DNA from: Campylobacterales bacterium
GTDB taxonomy: Bacteria > Campylobacterota > Campylobacteria > Campylobacterales > QNZT01
Reading direction: 5' to 3'
DNA: 64,000 nt
NCBI GenBank assembly: GCA_024278835.1
Contig: JAJRSK010000064.1
Coordinates: forward strand, 19,101-83,100
Shown here: in pieces, positions 9,234 to 18,842 of the stretch
Layout: each line of letters starts with the position of its first letter
How positions within the stretch are numbered: position 1 is the stretch's first letter
Notes under the pieces: model-generated
Told to the model about the DNA's origin: nothing
The model's input: only the letters and a program-made list of their open reading frames with translations
Database searches by the model: none
Translations under genes and position numbers: made by a program

Positions 9234-9917
9234 ATGAAGTACAAAATCCTTATTGTAGAAGATGAAATCGAGATAGTCAATCTCATACGAAAACGCTTAG
9301 ATGAGCAAAAGTACGATGTTACGGTTGCCTATAGTGGTGATGAGGGGTTAAGACTGATTCAGAGGGAGTATTTTGATTTGCTCTCTTTGGATTTGATGTT
9401 GCCATCAGTTGATGGTCTGACCCTTTGTAAAGCGGTGCGAGAGAAAAATAAAAACTCTCTTATTGTTATCATCTCAGCTTTGGATTTGGAAGAGGAAAAA
9501 GAGAAGGCATATCGCTTAGGAGCAGACGACTATATTCCTAAGCCTTTTTCACCTAAATTTGTAGCACTAAAGATTAATTCACTCCTGCAAAGACGTTCTG
9601 AGATTAAGAGTGATGCGATGTATCTCTCACAAGATATCTATCAGGATTGTGACTTGAAGCGTTTTTATATCAAAAGCAATCCTCTTACTTTGACACCTAG
9701 TGAATATACTATCTTAGAGTGTTTATATGAGACACCCAAAAAAGTCTTCTCAAAAGAGGAATTATCACAAATACTATATAATGAAGATATAGGAAATATC
9801 GATAGAGATGGTATAGGGACGCATATCTATCAGTTGCGTAAAAAGATAGCAATGCTCACAGAACAAGAGATGATAAAAACAGTCAGAGGGATAGGGTATA
9901 CACTGTATGAAGATTAA
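9234..9917 (+). CDS. OmpR/PhoB-family response regulator
   Basis: REC domain (ILIVEDE..., DLLSLDLMLP, KPF) plus a winged-helix output domain (TVRGIGYTL). Confidence 0.9.
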   Translation: MKYKILIVEDEIEIVNLIRKRLDEQKYDVTVAYSGDEGLRLIQREYFDLLSLDLMLPSVDGLTLCKAVREKNKNSLIVIISALDLEEEKEKAYRLGADDYIPKPFSPKFVALKINSLLQRRSEIKSDAMYLSQDIYQDCDLKRFYIKSNPLTLTPSEYTILECLYETPKKVFSKEELSQILYNEDIGNIDRDGIGTHIYQLRKKIAMLTEQEMIKTVRGIGYTLYED

Positions 9918-10908
9918 ATCGTTTTTAATACTTATCTATATGGTTGCGGGGCTTAGTATCGCCCTGTTTACGGCGGTGATGACTTATATCATCATCGATG
10001 AACCTATCGGGATGAAGATGCTCTCTAAAATAGCGCTTACGATAGTGGCGACGTTGCCTATCATCGGCTTATTTAGTTACTATATCGGGTTGTATCTTTC
10101 CAAAAAGTTTGACTATATAGCCACTAGGCTTGATGCCATCCATGAAAATAAATTTGTCAAAGACACCCATCATGATAAGATAGTAGATATCACAAAAATC
10201 CACCACTCTATCGATGATCTCTCCTCTCGTCTGCAAAAAAGTATAGCGGCACTTCAAAGTAATAATACGAACCTAAGTTCTATCATCAAGTCACTCTCTC
10301 ATGATATAAAAACACCACTTACTATCATAGATGGATACTTAGAAGAGTGTGAAGATGGTATCGTTACAAACGAGCAGATGCCACAAGTCATCCAAATCCT
10401 CAAAAAAGAGACAACTTACCTCAATGAACTAAGCTCTGAAGCCATCAGTTATATCCAGTCACAGGAACTAAGAGGGGAAAAAGAGACGATACATTTAAAA
10501 GAGTTTTTACATGCTGAGGTTTGTCCACTTTTACGGGTTGAAGAAGGGGTAGAGCTAAAGTGTGAAATCGATGAAAAAGATACGGTGGAGTTTACGCCTA
10601 TCGCCCTTAAAAAGATACTAATAAATCTTTTACACAATGCTAGTAAATATACAAAAAAAGGGAGTATCACTACAAAAGTTGAAAATGGAACTATCATGAT
10701 AGAAGATACAGGGATAGGCATTGATGCTAAAGATAAAGCACGGATATTTGAGCCATTTATTTCCTTAGATGAGAGTAAAAACAGAGAAAATAATGGTTTT
10801 GGTTTAGGCTTGTCTATCGCCAGAAATTTAGCACAAAACAATGATTATGACCTCTTGTTTGATGAGGGGCATAAAGATGGTGCTAGGTTTATATTGAAAA
10901 AACTATAA
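9907..10908 (+). CDS. sensor histidine kinase
   Basis: Two N-terminal TM helices, an H-box (SHDIKTPLT), an N-box (LLHNASKYT), and G1/G2 boxes (EDTGIGI, GFGLGLSIA). It overlaps the response regulator gene by 11 nt. Confidence 0.9.
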   Translation: MKIKSFLILIYMVAGLSIALFTAVMTYIIIDEPIGMKMLSKIALTIVATLPIIGLFSYYIGLYLSKKFDYIATRLDAIHENKFVKDTHHDKIVDITKIHHSIDDLSSRLQKSIAALQSNNTNLSSIIKSLSHDIKTPLTIIDGYLEECEDGIVTNEQMPQVIQILKKETTYLNELSSEAISYIQSQELRGEKETIHLKEFLHAEVCPLLRVEEGVELKCEIDEKDTVEFTPIALKKILINLLHNASKYTKKGSITTKVENGTIMIEDTGIGIDAKDKARIFEPFISLDESKNRENNGFGLGLSIARNLAQNNDYDLLFDEGHKDGARFILKKL

Positions 10909-10920
10909 ACCCAGTCATAG

Positions 10921-11850
10921 TCATTTAAGCGGTAGATATATCTCCGTTGTTAACTCTTCTTGGGGCGTATTGTCAGGGTCATTGGGATAGAACTCAATGC
11001 CCATTAAGGTTTTGGTCGTTTTTATCTTTTTGACACGCGCGTAAGTCATCGCGGCTATCCATGCATTGCCTAGATGTTTATATGAACCGGTATGAATCGT
11101 CTTGATAGCTTTTTGTGCGGCTATCTCGCCAGAGATAAAACCTTCAGGTATCGGAGCATCTCCTTCGTAGGGGATACAGGAGATAAACGCTGTTTTATCG
11201 TTAGGGATGTCAAAAGTATTGTAGATGGAAAATGGCATTTTTTCAAGCGTGATAGCATTGTCTGCGATAAAGTCAAAGAGCCTCTCATAATCTTTTTTCA
11301 TCACTTCACCTACATCCTCAATAGCACAAGTATTTGGGACTCCCACATACTTTTCACCCTGCATCTGGACGATTCCTTCTATCATGATAGATGTGTCAAC
11401 CTTGTCTGTTTCGATATACTCTTTTAGCATACCAAGCCCTCTCTCATAATCCATACTGATAAAATGTTCCATCTTTTTACGCATAAAAAACATAAACCAA
11501 GGTAGCTTACTTTGCATATGCCAAATCACTTCTGTTTGGCCATCATGTTCCTCAAGGGTGAAAATCGACTTTGCTGTAGATTTAAAAGGCTTTATAAAGT
11601 GTAGCTTCATCTCGATATCTTTTTCATCTGCGTGGACAAGTTTCATCTGCCCAATCCCGACAAGTTCCCCATCCCAAGAGAAGCCAGACCCTACTTTTCC
11701 CTGATTTTCACTAAAAGCGACCTTAGCTTCGGGTTCTATAATAAGCCATGGTGACCAGTTTATGCTCTCTTGAAAGTTCATTAGTACGAGATGTATCTTC
11801 TCTTTTGGCGCGTCTATCAGACAAGAACGACTGACATGGATAGTGGGCAT
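10921..11850 (-). CDS. SRPBCC (START-like) domain fused to a GyrI-like effector-binding domain
   Basis: 309 aa. The N-terminal roughly 150 aa follow an SRPBCC-like pattern. The C-terminal half is GyrI-like (HTGSYKHLGNAW...GIEFYPNDP). Confidence 0.5.
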   Translation of the reverse strand: MPTIHVSRSCLIDAPKEKIHLVLMNFQESINWSPWLIIEPEAKVAFSENQGKVGSGFSWDGELVGIGQMKLVHADEKDIEMKLHFIKPFKSTAKSIFTLEEHDGQTEVIWHMQSKLPWFMFFMRKKMEHFISMDYERGLGMLKEYIETDKVDTSIMIEGIVQMQGEKYVGVPNTCAIEDVGEVMKKDYERLFDFIADNAITLEKMPFSIYNTFDIPNDKTAFISCIPYEGDAPIPEGFISGEIAAQKAIKTIHTGSYKHLGNAWIAAMTYARVKKIKTTKTLMGIEFYPNDPDNTPQEELTTEIYLPLK

Positions 11851-11885
11851 GGAAGTCCTTTTCCTAAAATGATAGCATATTGTTA

Positions 11886-13253
11886 TTAATCTGCTGTTAA
11901 CTCTAAGATATCAAACATTTCTGAGGGACCTTGATAACCATAAAAACTATCTTCTTTAAGTTCCTCTCCATGCGTATCAAAAAAGACAAACCCTGGTGGA
12001 CCAAATATGCCAAATCTTTTTTTGATGCTTTGGATAGTTTCATCACTTTTATCAGTCATATTGACAGCAAGGGCAAGGTACTTTTCATGTAAAATTTCTT
12101 TTACAGCAGAGTCTTTCCATGTTGTCTCTTTTAAGTGTTTACAGAAAGGACAAACGTCAGTATAAAAGTAAATCATTACCATTTTATGATTCTCTTTCGC
12201 CTCTAGTAGTTGTCTATCTAGTGCTTGCATTGTATGGATGTTAGTAAAGATTTTTTTAGACATTACTGTTTTATCATCAGTTTGGTTTTGGATATAGGTG
12301 ATAGGTGTTTTAGCCAAAGGTTTGGTGAGATCATGTCCGCCATAAGCGGCACCGACCAAGAGTAAAATCCCCCATACGCCTATAATAACACCTATTGCTT
12401 TTTCAAGTTTTTCAAGTTTTTTCCCAGACTCTACATGATCTAATGCACCCATAAAGACACTTAAGCCTATGAGATAGACACCCCAAAGGATAAGTGGAGA
12501 AACAAGGCTGAGAGTAGCAAAAAGATAGAGTGATACACCTAGTAAAAGTGCACCAAAAACATATTTTATCTTTTCCATCCAGATGCCAGCTTTGGGCAAT
12601 AGTTTCCCTGCACCTAACCCTAAAAGCAATAAAGGCACACCCATACCAAGTGCCATGGCAAACATCATCACAGCACCCAAAACAGCGTCACCTTTACTGA
12701 TAGCTACTCCCAAAAATGAGATGAGTACAGGTGAGACACAAGCCCCTAGGATAAGTGCCGAAACCATCCCTAAGACAAAAACCATGGGGATAGAGCCACC
12801 TTTGATATCGTCAGAACTTTTGTTGAGAGTTGATTGGATAAATGAAGGCATTTGGATAGTGAATACACCAAACATCGAAAGTGCCATCAAGGCAAAGATG
12901 AGACTCATCGTCCCAATCGCCCAAATATTTTGAAAATAGGACTGTAGTTGATCGCCCGTTGCTCCAGCAAGCGCTCCCATAATGGCATAGGTTATAGCCG
13001 TTCCTAATACATAAGAGAGTGAAAGGATGAGTGATTTTTGGGTTGAGATATCTTTTCCTTGCCCTATGATGATACTAGAGAGTATAGGAACCATCGGTAA
13101 AACACAAGGGGTAAATGTTAGGAGCAACCCCGCGACAAATGAACCCAAAGCAAGGCTAAACATCCCTTGCGTTATATTTTCTGGGTTGGCATAGAGCATC
13201 GATGTTCCAAAAAGTAAAAGAAAGAAAAAGTATTTTTGAGACCACGCTATCAT
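11886..13253 (-). CDS. dsbD: thiol:disulfide interchange protein, DsbD/ScsB-type (membrane core plus C-terminal thioredoxin domain)
   Basis: FTPCVLPMVP motif in the TM core, multiple TM helices, and a C-terminal thioredoxin-like CPFC motif. Confidence 0.75.
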   Translation of the reverse strand: MIAWSQKYFFFLLLFGTSMLYANPENITQGMFSLALGSFVAGLLLTFTPCVLPMVPILSSIIIGQGKDISTQKSLILSLSYVLGTAITYAIMGALAGATGDQLQSYFQNIWAIGTMSLIFALMALSMFGVFTIQMPSFIQSTLNKSSDDIKGGSIPMVFVLGMVSALILGACVSPVLISFLGVAISKGDAVLGAVMMFAMALGMGVPLLLLGLGAGKLLPKAGIWMEKIKYVFGALLLGVSLYLFATLSLVSPLILWGVYLIGLSVFMGALDHVESGKKLEKLEKAIGVIIGVWGILLLVGAAYGGHDLTKPLAKTPITYIQNQTDDKTVMSKKIFTNIHTMQALDRQLLEAKENHKMVMIYFYTDVCPFCKHLKETTWKDSAVKEILHEKYLALAVNMTDKSDETIQSIKKRFGIFGPPGFVFFDTHGEELKEDSFYGYQGPSEMFDILELTAD

Positions 13254-13311
13254 GATAGACCTTTTGTATTTGATAGTGTATTAAAGCACAGTTGTGTGTA
13301 AGATATGTGTA

Positions 13312-14523
13312 TTAGGATATCATTTTTAAAAGTCGCCTTGTGAAAAATAATCCCACTGAGAGTATCATGATAGTCAAAAGATAGAGTGCATCATACCCAA
13401 ATACCTCAAGTAAAAATCCCCCAGGTATAGCAAAAAAGAAACCGACGGAAGTTAAACTTGATTGGATAGCCACATAAACGGGGCGTTTTTCTTCTGGTGC
13501 TATCTCCAAGATAAGGTTCATATCGGCATTTCTAAAGCCATCCCGTGCGATTCCAAATAGTAAAAATATGATAACATAGTGCGCAGGTGAAGAAGCGAAA
13601 AATGCAAGGGTAAAGAGGCTTATCATGATAGCAAAAGCTACTTGCATCATATGCACATAATTGTCCGTCATTCTCTTCCATAAAAATAGATTCCCTAGTA
13701 TACTTCCTAGCATCTGTATCGTGATAAATCCTCCCACAAGCCAGCCTGTCAGTTCAAAACTATCTTTAGCTTTGAGGATGATAAAAGGCATGGCTAGTAA
13801 AAAGGCGTATCCAAAAAGAGTGATGAGGATTTGTAGGCGTAAGCGTTCGTCGGATTTGAAAGTATTTGTCGCATTTTTGATAAATTTAAAAAAGCTATCT
13901 TCTCTTTGGGTGATATTTTCTTTTATCGGTTCTTCTATCGAGGCAAAGGCTACCAAACCTACCCCCATCAAGAGGGCACTTATCATGAAGAGATACGCAT
14001 AACTATCAGGTGCTTGGAAGTTCTCTAGTACCCAGCCAGCCACGCCACCGCTGAGAAGAGAACCGATGGAGGCGAAAAGTTGTTTGTTGGACATCGTTTT
14101 GCCACGCTCTTTTTTATCAAAGACTTTGGCTATGATTTCTTTGAAGTATATCCCACCAAAGCCTGCTGAAAAAGAGAAGAAAAAGAGCCCGATACCGATG
14201 AGCCAAAGTGTAAGTGTTTTGTCGCTATCACCTACAAAAAAGATAGCTGCACCTATCAAAAACCACGATAAAAAGCGAAAGAAAAAGACGATACGAAGAT
14301 AAGGCATCACCTCTTTATAGCCTTGGGCATAGAAAGCAGCGATGAGTTGCACGATGATAGCACCACCACGAAGCAAGGAAGTGAAAATCCCTACTATGAT
14401 AAGGTTTGAAGAAAAGTGGTGGATGATGAGAGGGAGGATTGTGTTTGGCTCTGCAACGGTTGTAGCTATGCCTAAGCTAAACCCGTGCAGAGCATTTTTT
14501 TCGTTGTTCTTTTTGTAGGACAC
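13312..14523 (-). CDS. MFS transporter
   Basis: 403 aa with about 12 TM segments in two halves separated by a charged central loop. Confidence 0.7.
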   Translation of the reverse strand: MSYKKNNEKNALHGFSLGIATTVAEPNTILPLIIHHFSSNLIIVGIFTSLLRGGAIIVQLIAAFYAQGYKEVMPYLRIVFFFRFLSWFLIGAAIFFVGDSDKTLTLWLIGIGLFFFSFSAGFGGIYFKEIIAKVFDKKERGKTMSNKQLFASIGSLLSGGVAGWVLENFQAPDSYAYLFMISALLMGVGLVAFASIEEPIKENITQREDSFFKFIKNATNTFKSDERLRLQILITLFGYAFLLAMPFIILKAKDSFELTGWLVGGFITIQMLGSILGNLFLWKRMTDNYVHMMQVAFAIMISLFTLAFFASSPAHYVIIFLLFGIARDGFRNADMNLILEIAPEEKRPVYVAIQSSLTSVGFFFAIPGGFLLEVFGYDALYLLTIMILSVGLFFTRRLLKMIS

Positions 14524-15044
14524 TATTTTAAAAGTGCTTTTAGTGCCTCTGCATCATCTATAAACTTGATAGAAGTAATCTTTTTATTCTCAAGTGAGAC
14601 TATCATGATAGCATCTTTTTGTGCATCATCTCTAAATTTAGCTGCGATAGCACCATCATAGATAAGGATAACTGGGTAGTTACTTTTTTTAAGATCAGGC
14701 ATGGCAAAAGCGTTTCTGATGACAGTTGGCATAGGGCTGATATCAGCGACATAAAAAGCATTTCTTGATGAGAGATAATCATCAGCTTGCGTCTGTAAAA
14801 AATCTCTAACGATATGAGAAGTTGGTTTGGCAAATGTAAAGATGAGTGTCTTTGTATCGCTACTCAACGTATGGGCTTTGTCAAACTGATCTGGAAGTGT
14901 GAAGTCAATACTTTCACCTTCTGACATAGTGGCAGTCGCTGCGTATTTACTAGCATCATAGTTATCTTTTGAATTTATGAAGTAAAATGCTCCTCCAGCG
15001 ATGATAAGTAACAGTAGTAGCGTCAATAGTATTTTTTTAATCAT
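14523..15044 (-). CDS. exported or membrane-anchored hypothetical protein
   Basis: N-terminal signal anchor MIKKILLTLLLLLIIAGGAF. Its stop overlaps the MFS start by 1 nt. Confidence 0.4.
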   Translation of the reverse strand: MIKKILLTLLLLLIIAGGAFYFINSKDNYDASKYAATATMSEGESIDFTLPDQFDKAHTLSSDTKTLIFTFAKPTSHIVRDFLQTQADDYLSSRNAFYVADISPMPTVIRNAFAMPDLKKSNYPVILIYDGAIAAKFRDDAQKDAIMIVSLENKKITSIKFIDDAEALKALLK

Positions 15045-15061
15045 AATTTTTTTCCTTTATT

Positions 15062-16846
15062 TTAAAGTGAGATTGTAGCATAGTTTTGTAAAGATGCAAG
15101 GCTTTTTTGAATGAGTTGTAAAAATTGTGATTTTACTACAGGCATATCGTGGTTGTCTTGTTGTTTTATCCAAACAAGTAGCTTGTATCGTGTGATTTTT
15201 CTATTGATATCTATGATGATGACTTGGGTGCGATGAAGTGCGGTTTGTAAATGAGAAACATCGCTCTCTTTCAATGTCCTTAAGATGGACTCTTCTATCT
15301 TTTCATGCGTGTGATTTTTATCAGCACTGAAAGGAATATGAAGACGACGGATATTGTCTTCTAGGGAGTGGTTGATGAACTCCCCTGCGATAAAGCGTGA
15401 ATTTGGGATGATGTAGCGTACTTGATCACCTGTTTGGATAGTGATGGAACGAAAGTCCATATCATCTACAGAACCAACTATCTGGTCATTTAATTCGACA
15501 TGGTCACCTATCCTGATAGAACGGTCTATCTTGATGAGGATACCCATGGCGTAGTTGGAGATAAATCCCTGAAGTCCTAGTGCCAACCACAAAAGTATCG
15601 CACCTACCACTACAAATATCGTGTGCATATCCAGCCCGATGGTCGCAAGGGCAGTAAAAAAGGTGATGAGTATGATGAGGTAGTAGCCAGAATTCGCGAT
15701 GAGTCTTGCCGCTGAAAGGCTTTTTATCCGTTTTTTCTTTCGGTATTTGTCCACGATATTTTTATAGAGTTTGGCGATGATGAAGCCTATCATGATAATG
15801 AACACAAAGGTCATAATTGTCTTGATAGAAAAGGCTTTATCTTCGTAGACAAATAGAGTTTTATTGACTAGCAATAGTGCGCTATTTTTGATGTAGTTAA
15901 ATCCAACTTGTGTAGAAGCTAGTGCGACGGAAGCATCATCAAATCTCTTATCTCCAAAGCGTAAAATCAACTCAAGCAACGTCGTATAATACTCTTTTTG
16001 CTCTTTGCTTAACGCTTCAAAATCATCCTCTATACTCTCCGTTACTTCTAAAAACCCTGTTTGATTTTTCTTTTTTAAGTATTTGAGTGAGAGGAGAATC
16101 TGTGCTTTTGTTTTTTTGATGAGTGCCACATCTGTCTCTTTTTGGATGCTCTTTTCTTTGGTGACTATCTCTCTTTGTGCTTTTGTGTCTCTTTGTGCTT
16201 CACTATCCTTATCTATGGTCAAAAGAAGATTTTTATTTTTAATAGCATCTATCTTTTTATCAGTATGCTTGATAATTTTTTTGGCAATTTTTTCTTTGAA
16301 AGTGACGCGAGAAAGTGCCTGTTGAAATTTTTTAAACTCTTGGGTGAAAAGTTGGGTATAAAGTGTTAATGATTTGAGTATCTTCTCTTGAGAAATTTTG
16401 TAAAAGGCATATTGGAGTTGGTTGTTTAAAAGAGATTTATTGTCATCTTTGGGAAGGGTTTTTTCTATGTTTCCTTTGAGTTCAAAAAGTTTTTGCTGGA
16501 TATCTTTTTCTTTGCTTTCTAGCCTTGTTATCTCGTTTTGAAGCGAGGTGAGCATAAAAAGAGCTTTGAGATATCTTTTTTGTTTGATATCTGTTTCATC
16601 GAGGGAAATAGTCTCAAAGGGCTTTATCTCATCCTTGATAGCATAGAGTTGTTTGAGTTTGTTGAGGGTGGATTTTTCGAGTGTGATGGTTTCTGGTTTT
16701 TTGAGTTTTTGTGCCATCTGTGAGTTGATGCGTTTTTCAATCTTTTGAAAGTATTGGGTGATATTTTCGCCTTTATAAAGGGCGCTGTCTATCTTGGCAG
16801 AAAAAGAAGCGGTTATGATAAGTATCAGTAAGAGTAATTTTTTCAT
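15062..16846 (-). CDS. mechanosensitive ion channel family protein (MscS/MscK-like with a long periplasmic coiled-coil N-terminal domain)
   Basis: Signal peptide, a roughly 300-aa Lys/Glu-rich helical region, TM helices, then the MscS beta-domain signature IRIGDHVELNDQIVGSVDDMDFRSITIQTGD. I prefer the ATG at 16846 over the TTG at 16861. Confidence 0.8.
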   Translation of the reverse strand: MKKLLLLILIITASFSAKIDSALYKGENITQYFQKIEKRINSQMAQKLKKPETITLEKSTLNKLKQLYAIKDEIKPFETISLDETDIKQKRYLKALFMLTSLQNEITRLESKEKDIQQKLFELKGNIEKTLPKDDNKSLLNNQLQYAFYKISQEKILKSLTLYTQLFTQEFKKFQQALSRVTFKEKIAKKIIKHTDKKIDAIKNKNLLLTIDKDSEAQRDTKAQREIVTKEKSIQKETDVALIKKTKAQILLSLKYLKKKNQTGFLEVTESIEDDFEALSKEQKEYYTTLLELILRFGDKRFDDASVALASTQVGFNYIKNSALLLVNKTLFVYEDKAFSIKTIMTFVFIIMIGFIIAKLYKNIVDKYRKKKRIKSLSAARLIANSGYYLIILITFFTALATIGLDMHTIFVVVGAILLWLALGLQGFISNYAMGILIKIDRSIRIGDHVELNDQIVGSVDDMDFRSITIQTGDQVRYIIPNSRFIAGEFINHSLEDNIRRLHIPFSADKNHTHEKIEESILRTLKESDVSHLQTALHRTQVIIIDINRKITRYKLLVWIKQQDNHDMPVVKSQFLQLIQKSLASLQNYATISL

Positions 16847-16944
16847 CAAAAATTCTAACAACCAAGTGTTAATAAAAAGAAAATTAAAAAGGCTTTTTTG
16901 TTTACTTTATATGCTTTTAAATACTATTTAGTCATAATTTTACT

Positions 16945-18348
16945 ATGAAAAATATGGAGATTGAGCGTAAATTTTTAGTCGATAAAAAGCTGTTAACTTA
17001 TCTTAAAAGTGCGTCCGTACCCTATCAAAAAAAATCACTAAAACAGTACTATACCAAGATAAGTGCCCAAGAGACTAGACGCTTTAGAAAGTCAGATAAA
17101 CGCTATTTTCTTACCATCAAGTCTGGACGTGGGCATAAAAGAGTTGAGAAAGAAAAAGAGATTTCAAAGAAAGTTTTTAAGGCCAATCTCCCTTTGATAA
17201 AAGGCTTTTTAGTAGAGAAAAAACGCTATGTATTTAGGCTCAATGGTATATTGTATGAGTTTGATATCTTTGTGTCACCTATCGATAACTTGGCACTTTT
17301 GGAGATAGAGTTTGAGAGTGAAAAGGCTTATCAAGATTATAAAGTAGCTAAGGCACTAAAGCCCTATATCATCAAGTACGTGAGTGATGATTTTAGGTAT
17401 ACCAATGCTTCTATCGCACTTTTTACATTACCAAAAAAGAGTAAAAAAGTAGAAAAAATAAAGCCTCATTTTAAGAGTGTGGATGCGATAAGCACTATTT
17501 TGCATCAGAACTTACAAAATATCAAGATGTACAAAGAGAAGATACTAAAAACTTATGATGATGAAGATTTACATCAGTTTCGTGTCAACATACGAAAGTC
17601 CCGCGCTATTTTAGGGATGATGGGCGCTGTGTTTGCGACTGAACATCTATCCTATCATGATAAGCAACTCTCCTCCATCGCAAAACTCACCAACAAAAAG
17701 AGAGATTTGGATGTCTTTATCGCGGCATTTGAGGAGTATTTTTCAGATGAGATACATGATGAACTTCGGTATTTCTATCATGATATATCTAGGCAGAGAG
17801 AAGTCGAAGAGGAACATGTCAAAAAGTTTTTACAAGAAGAGGCATTGACAAGTTACCTGAAAGCGTTAGAATCATTTTTAACAGATGAACAAGCCCATGG
17901 CAAGATGGCAAAGGAGCCTATCGCCCTTTTTTTAGAAGAGCGTGTAGCATTCATACTGCAACATATCGTGAAAAAAATTAAAAGATATGAAGGTGAGAGA
18001 AAAGAAGAACACCTGCATAAAGTGAGGATTAGTTTTAAGAAGCTACGTTATATCTTGGAGAGTTTTGAGTCTCTTTTTTATAAGAAAAATGTCAAAGCTT
18101 TGCTCAAGCGTGTTAAAAAACTACAAAATGATTTAGGACTTTTCAATGACTTGTGTATGCAGCATCAATTTTTAGAAAACTACCTCAAAGAACACCGGCT
18201 TGAGAGAAGCAAAGAGTCCGCTTTTGAGAATCTTTTAAGCAAGATAGAGAGAGATAAAGTGTCAATGCAAGAAAATATAGAAAAAGACCTTAACACGACT
18301 ATGGATATAGACGCGTTAAGAGAAGGTGTCAAAGTAAGATTTGTCTAA
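16945..18348 (+). CDS. CYTH plus CHAD domain protein (triphosphate tunnel metalloenzyme fused to a CHAD domain)
   Basis: The N-terminal EIERKFLV is the CYTH ExExK signature. The C-terminal roughly 280 aa are helical and His/Arg/Lys-rich, consistent with CHAD. Confidence 0.7.
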   Translation: MKNMEIERKFLVDKKLLTYLKSASVPYQKKSLKQYYTKISAQETRRFRKSDKRYFLTIKSGRGHKRVEKEKEISKKVFKANLPLIKGFLVEKKRYVFRLNGILYEFDIFVSPIDNLALLEIEFESEKAYQDYKVAKALKPYIIKYVSDDFRYTNASIALFTLPKKSKKVEKIKPHFKSVDAISTILHQNLQNIKMYKEKILKTYDDEDLHQFRVNIRKSRAILGMMGAVFATEHLSYHDKQLSSIAKLTNKKRDLDVFIAAFEEYFSDEIHDELRYFYHDISRQREVEEEHVKKFLQEEALTSYLKALESFLTDEQAHGKMAKEPIALFLEERVAFILQHIVKKIKRYEGERKEEHLHKVRISFKKLRYILESFESLFYKKNVKALLKRVKKLQNDLGLFNDLCMQHQFLENYLKEHRLERSKESAFENLLSKIERDKVSMQENIEKDLNTTMDIDALREGVKVRFV

Positions 18349-18827
18349 AAAACAAATCCCATGCTCACTTGAGGATAGCCATCATCGCTACTCTCATCGC
18401 CTTTGGTGCGGTGCTCTTGTACCCAGCCGATAGTCATATAGGTGTTGCTTCCCATAGTCATCGCGATACCGATACGCCCAGCGATGACATCATAATCCTC
18501 ATAAGGCTCTTCGATAAAAGTATGACTATAAGTCGCTCCGATATAAGGATGATACTGTGCATTTAGGGGATGATAGTATGTAACAGGTATGCTGATTTGG
18601 TTGATTTTTGGATCGCCGCCAAACCATCCTTGATAGCCTACACCCATTGAGATATTGTTTTGTACAAAGTAGTTGATACTTGCATTGACTACTGTGTAGT
18701 CTGTACCATATCCAGAGCTAGAGCCTATACCAAAACCGAAGTTTTTCTGCCCTTGTGAAAAGAGTCCAGAAATGCCCTCTGCATTGAGTGAGCCTATCAT
18801 GATAGCGGTCAATAATAGTTTTTTCAT
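18345..18827 (-). CDS. small outer-membrane beta-barrel protein
   Basis: Signal peptide MKKLLLTAIMIGSLNA, Gly/Tyr-rich alternating strands and a C-terminal ...MGFVF. Confidence 0.55.
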   Translation of the reverse strand: MKKLLLTAIMIGSLNAEGISGLFSQGQKNFGFGIGSSSGYGTDYTVVNASINYFVQNNISMGVGYQGWFGGDPKINQISIPVTYYHPLNAQYHPYIGATYSHTFIEEPYEDYDVIAGRIGIAMTMGSNTYMTIGWVQEHRTKGDESSDDGYPQVSMGFVF

Positions 18828-18842
18828 AATGTATCCTTTAAA

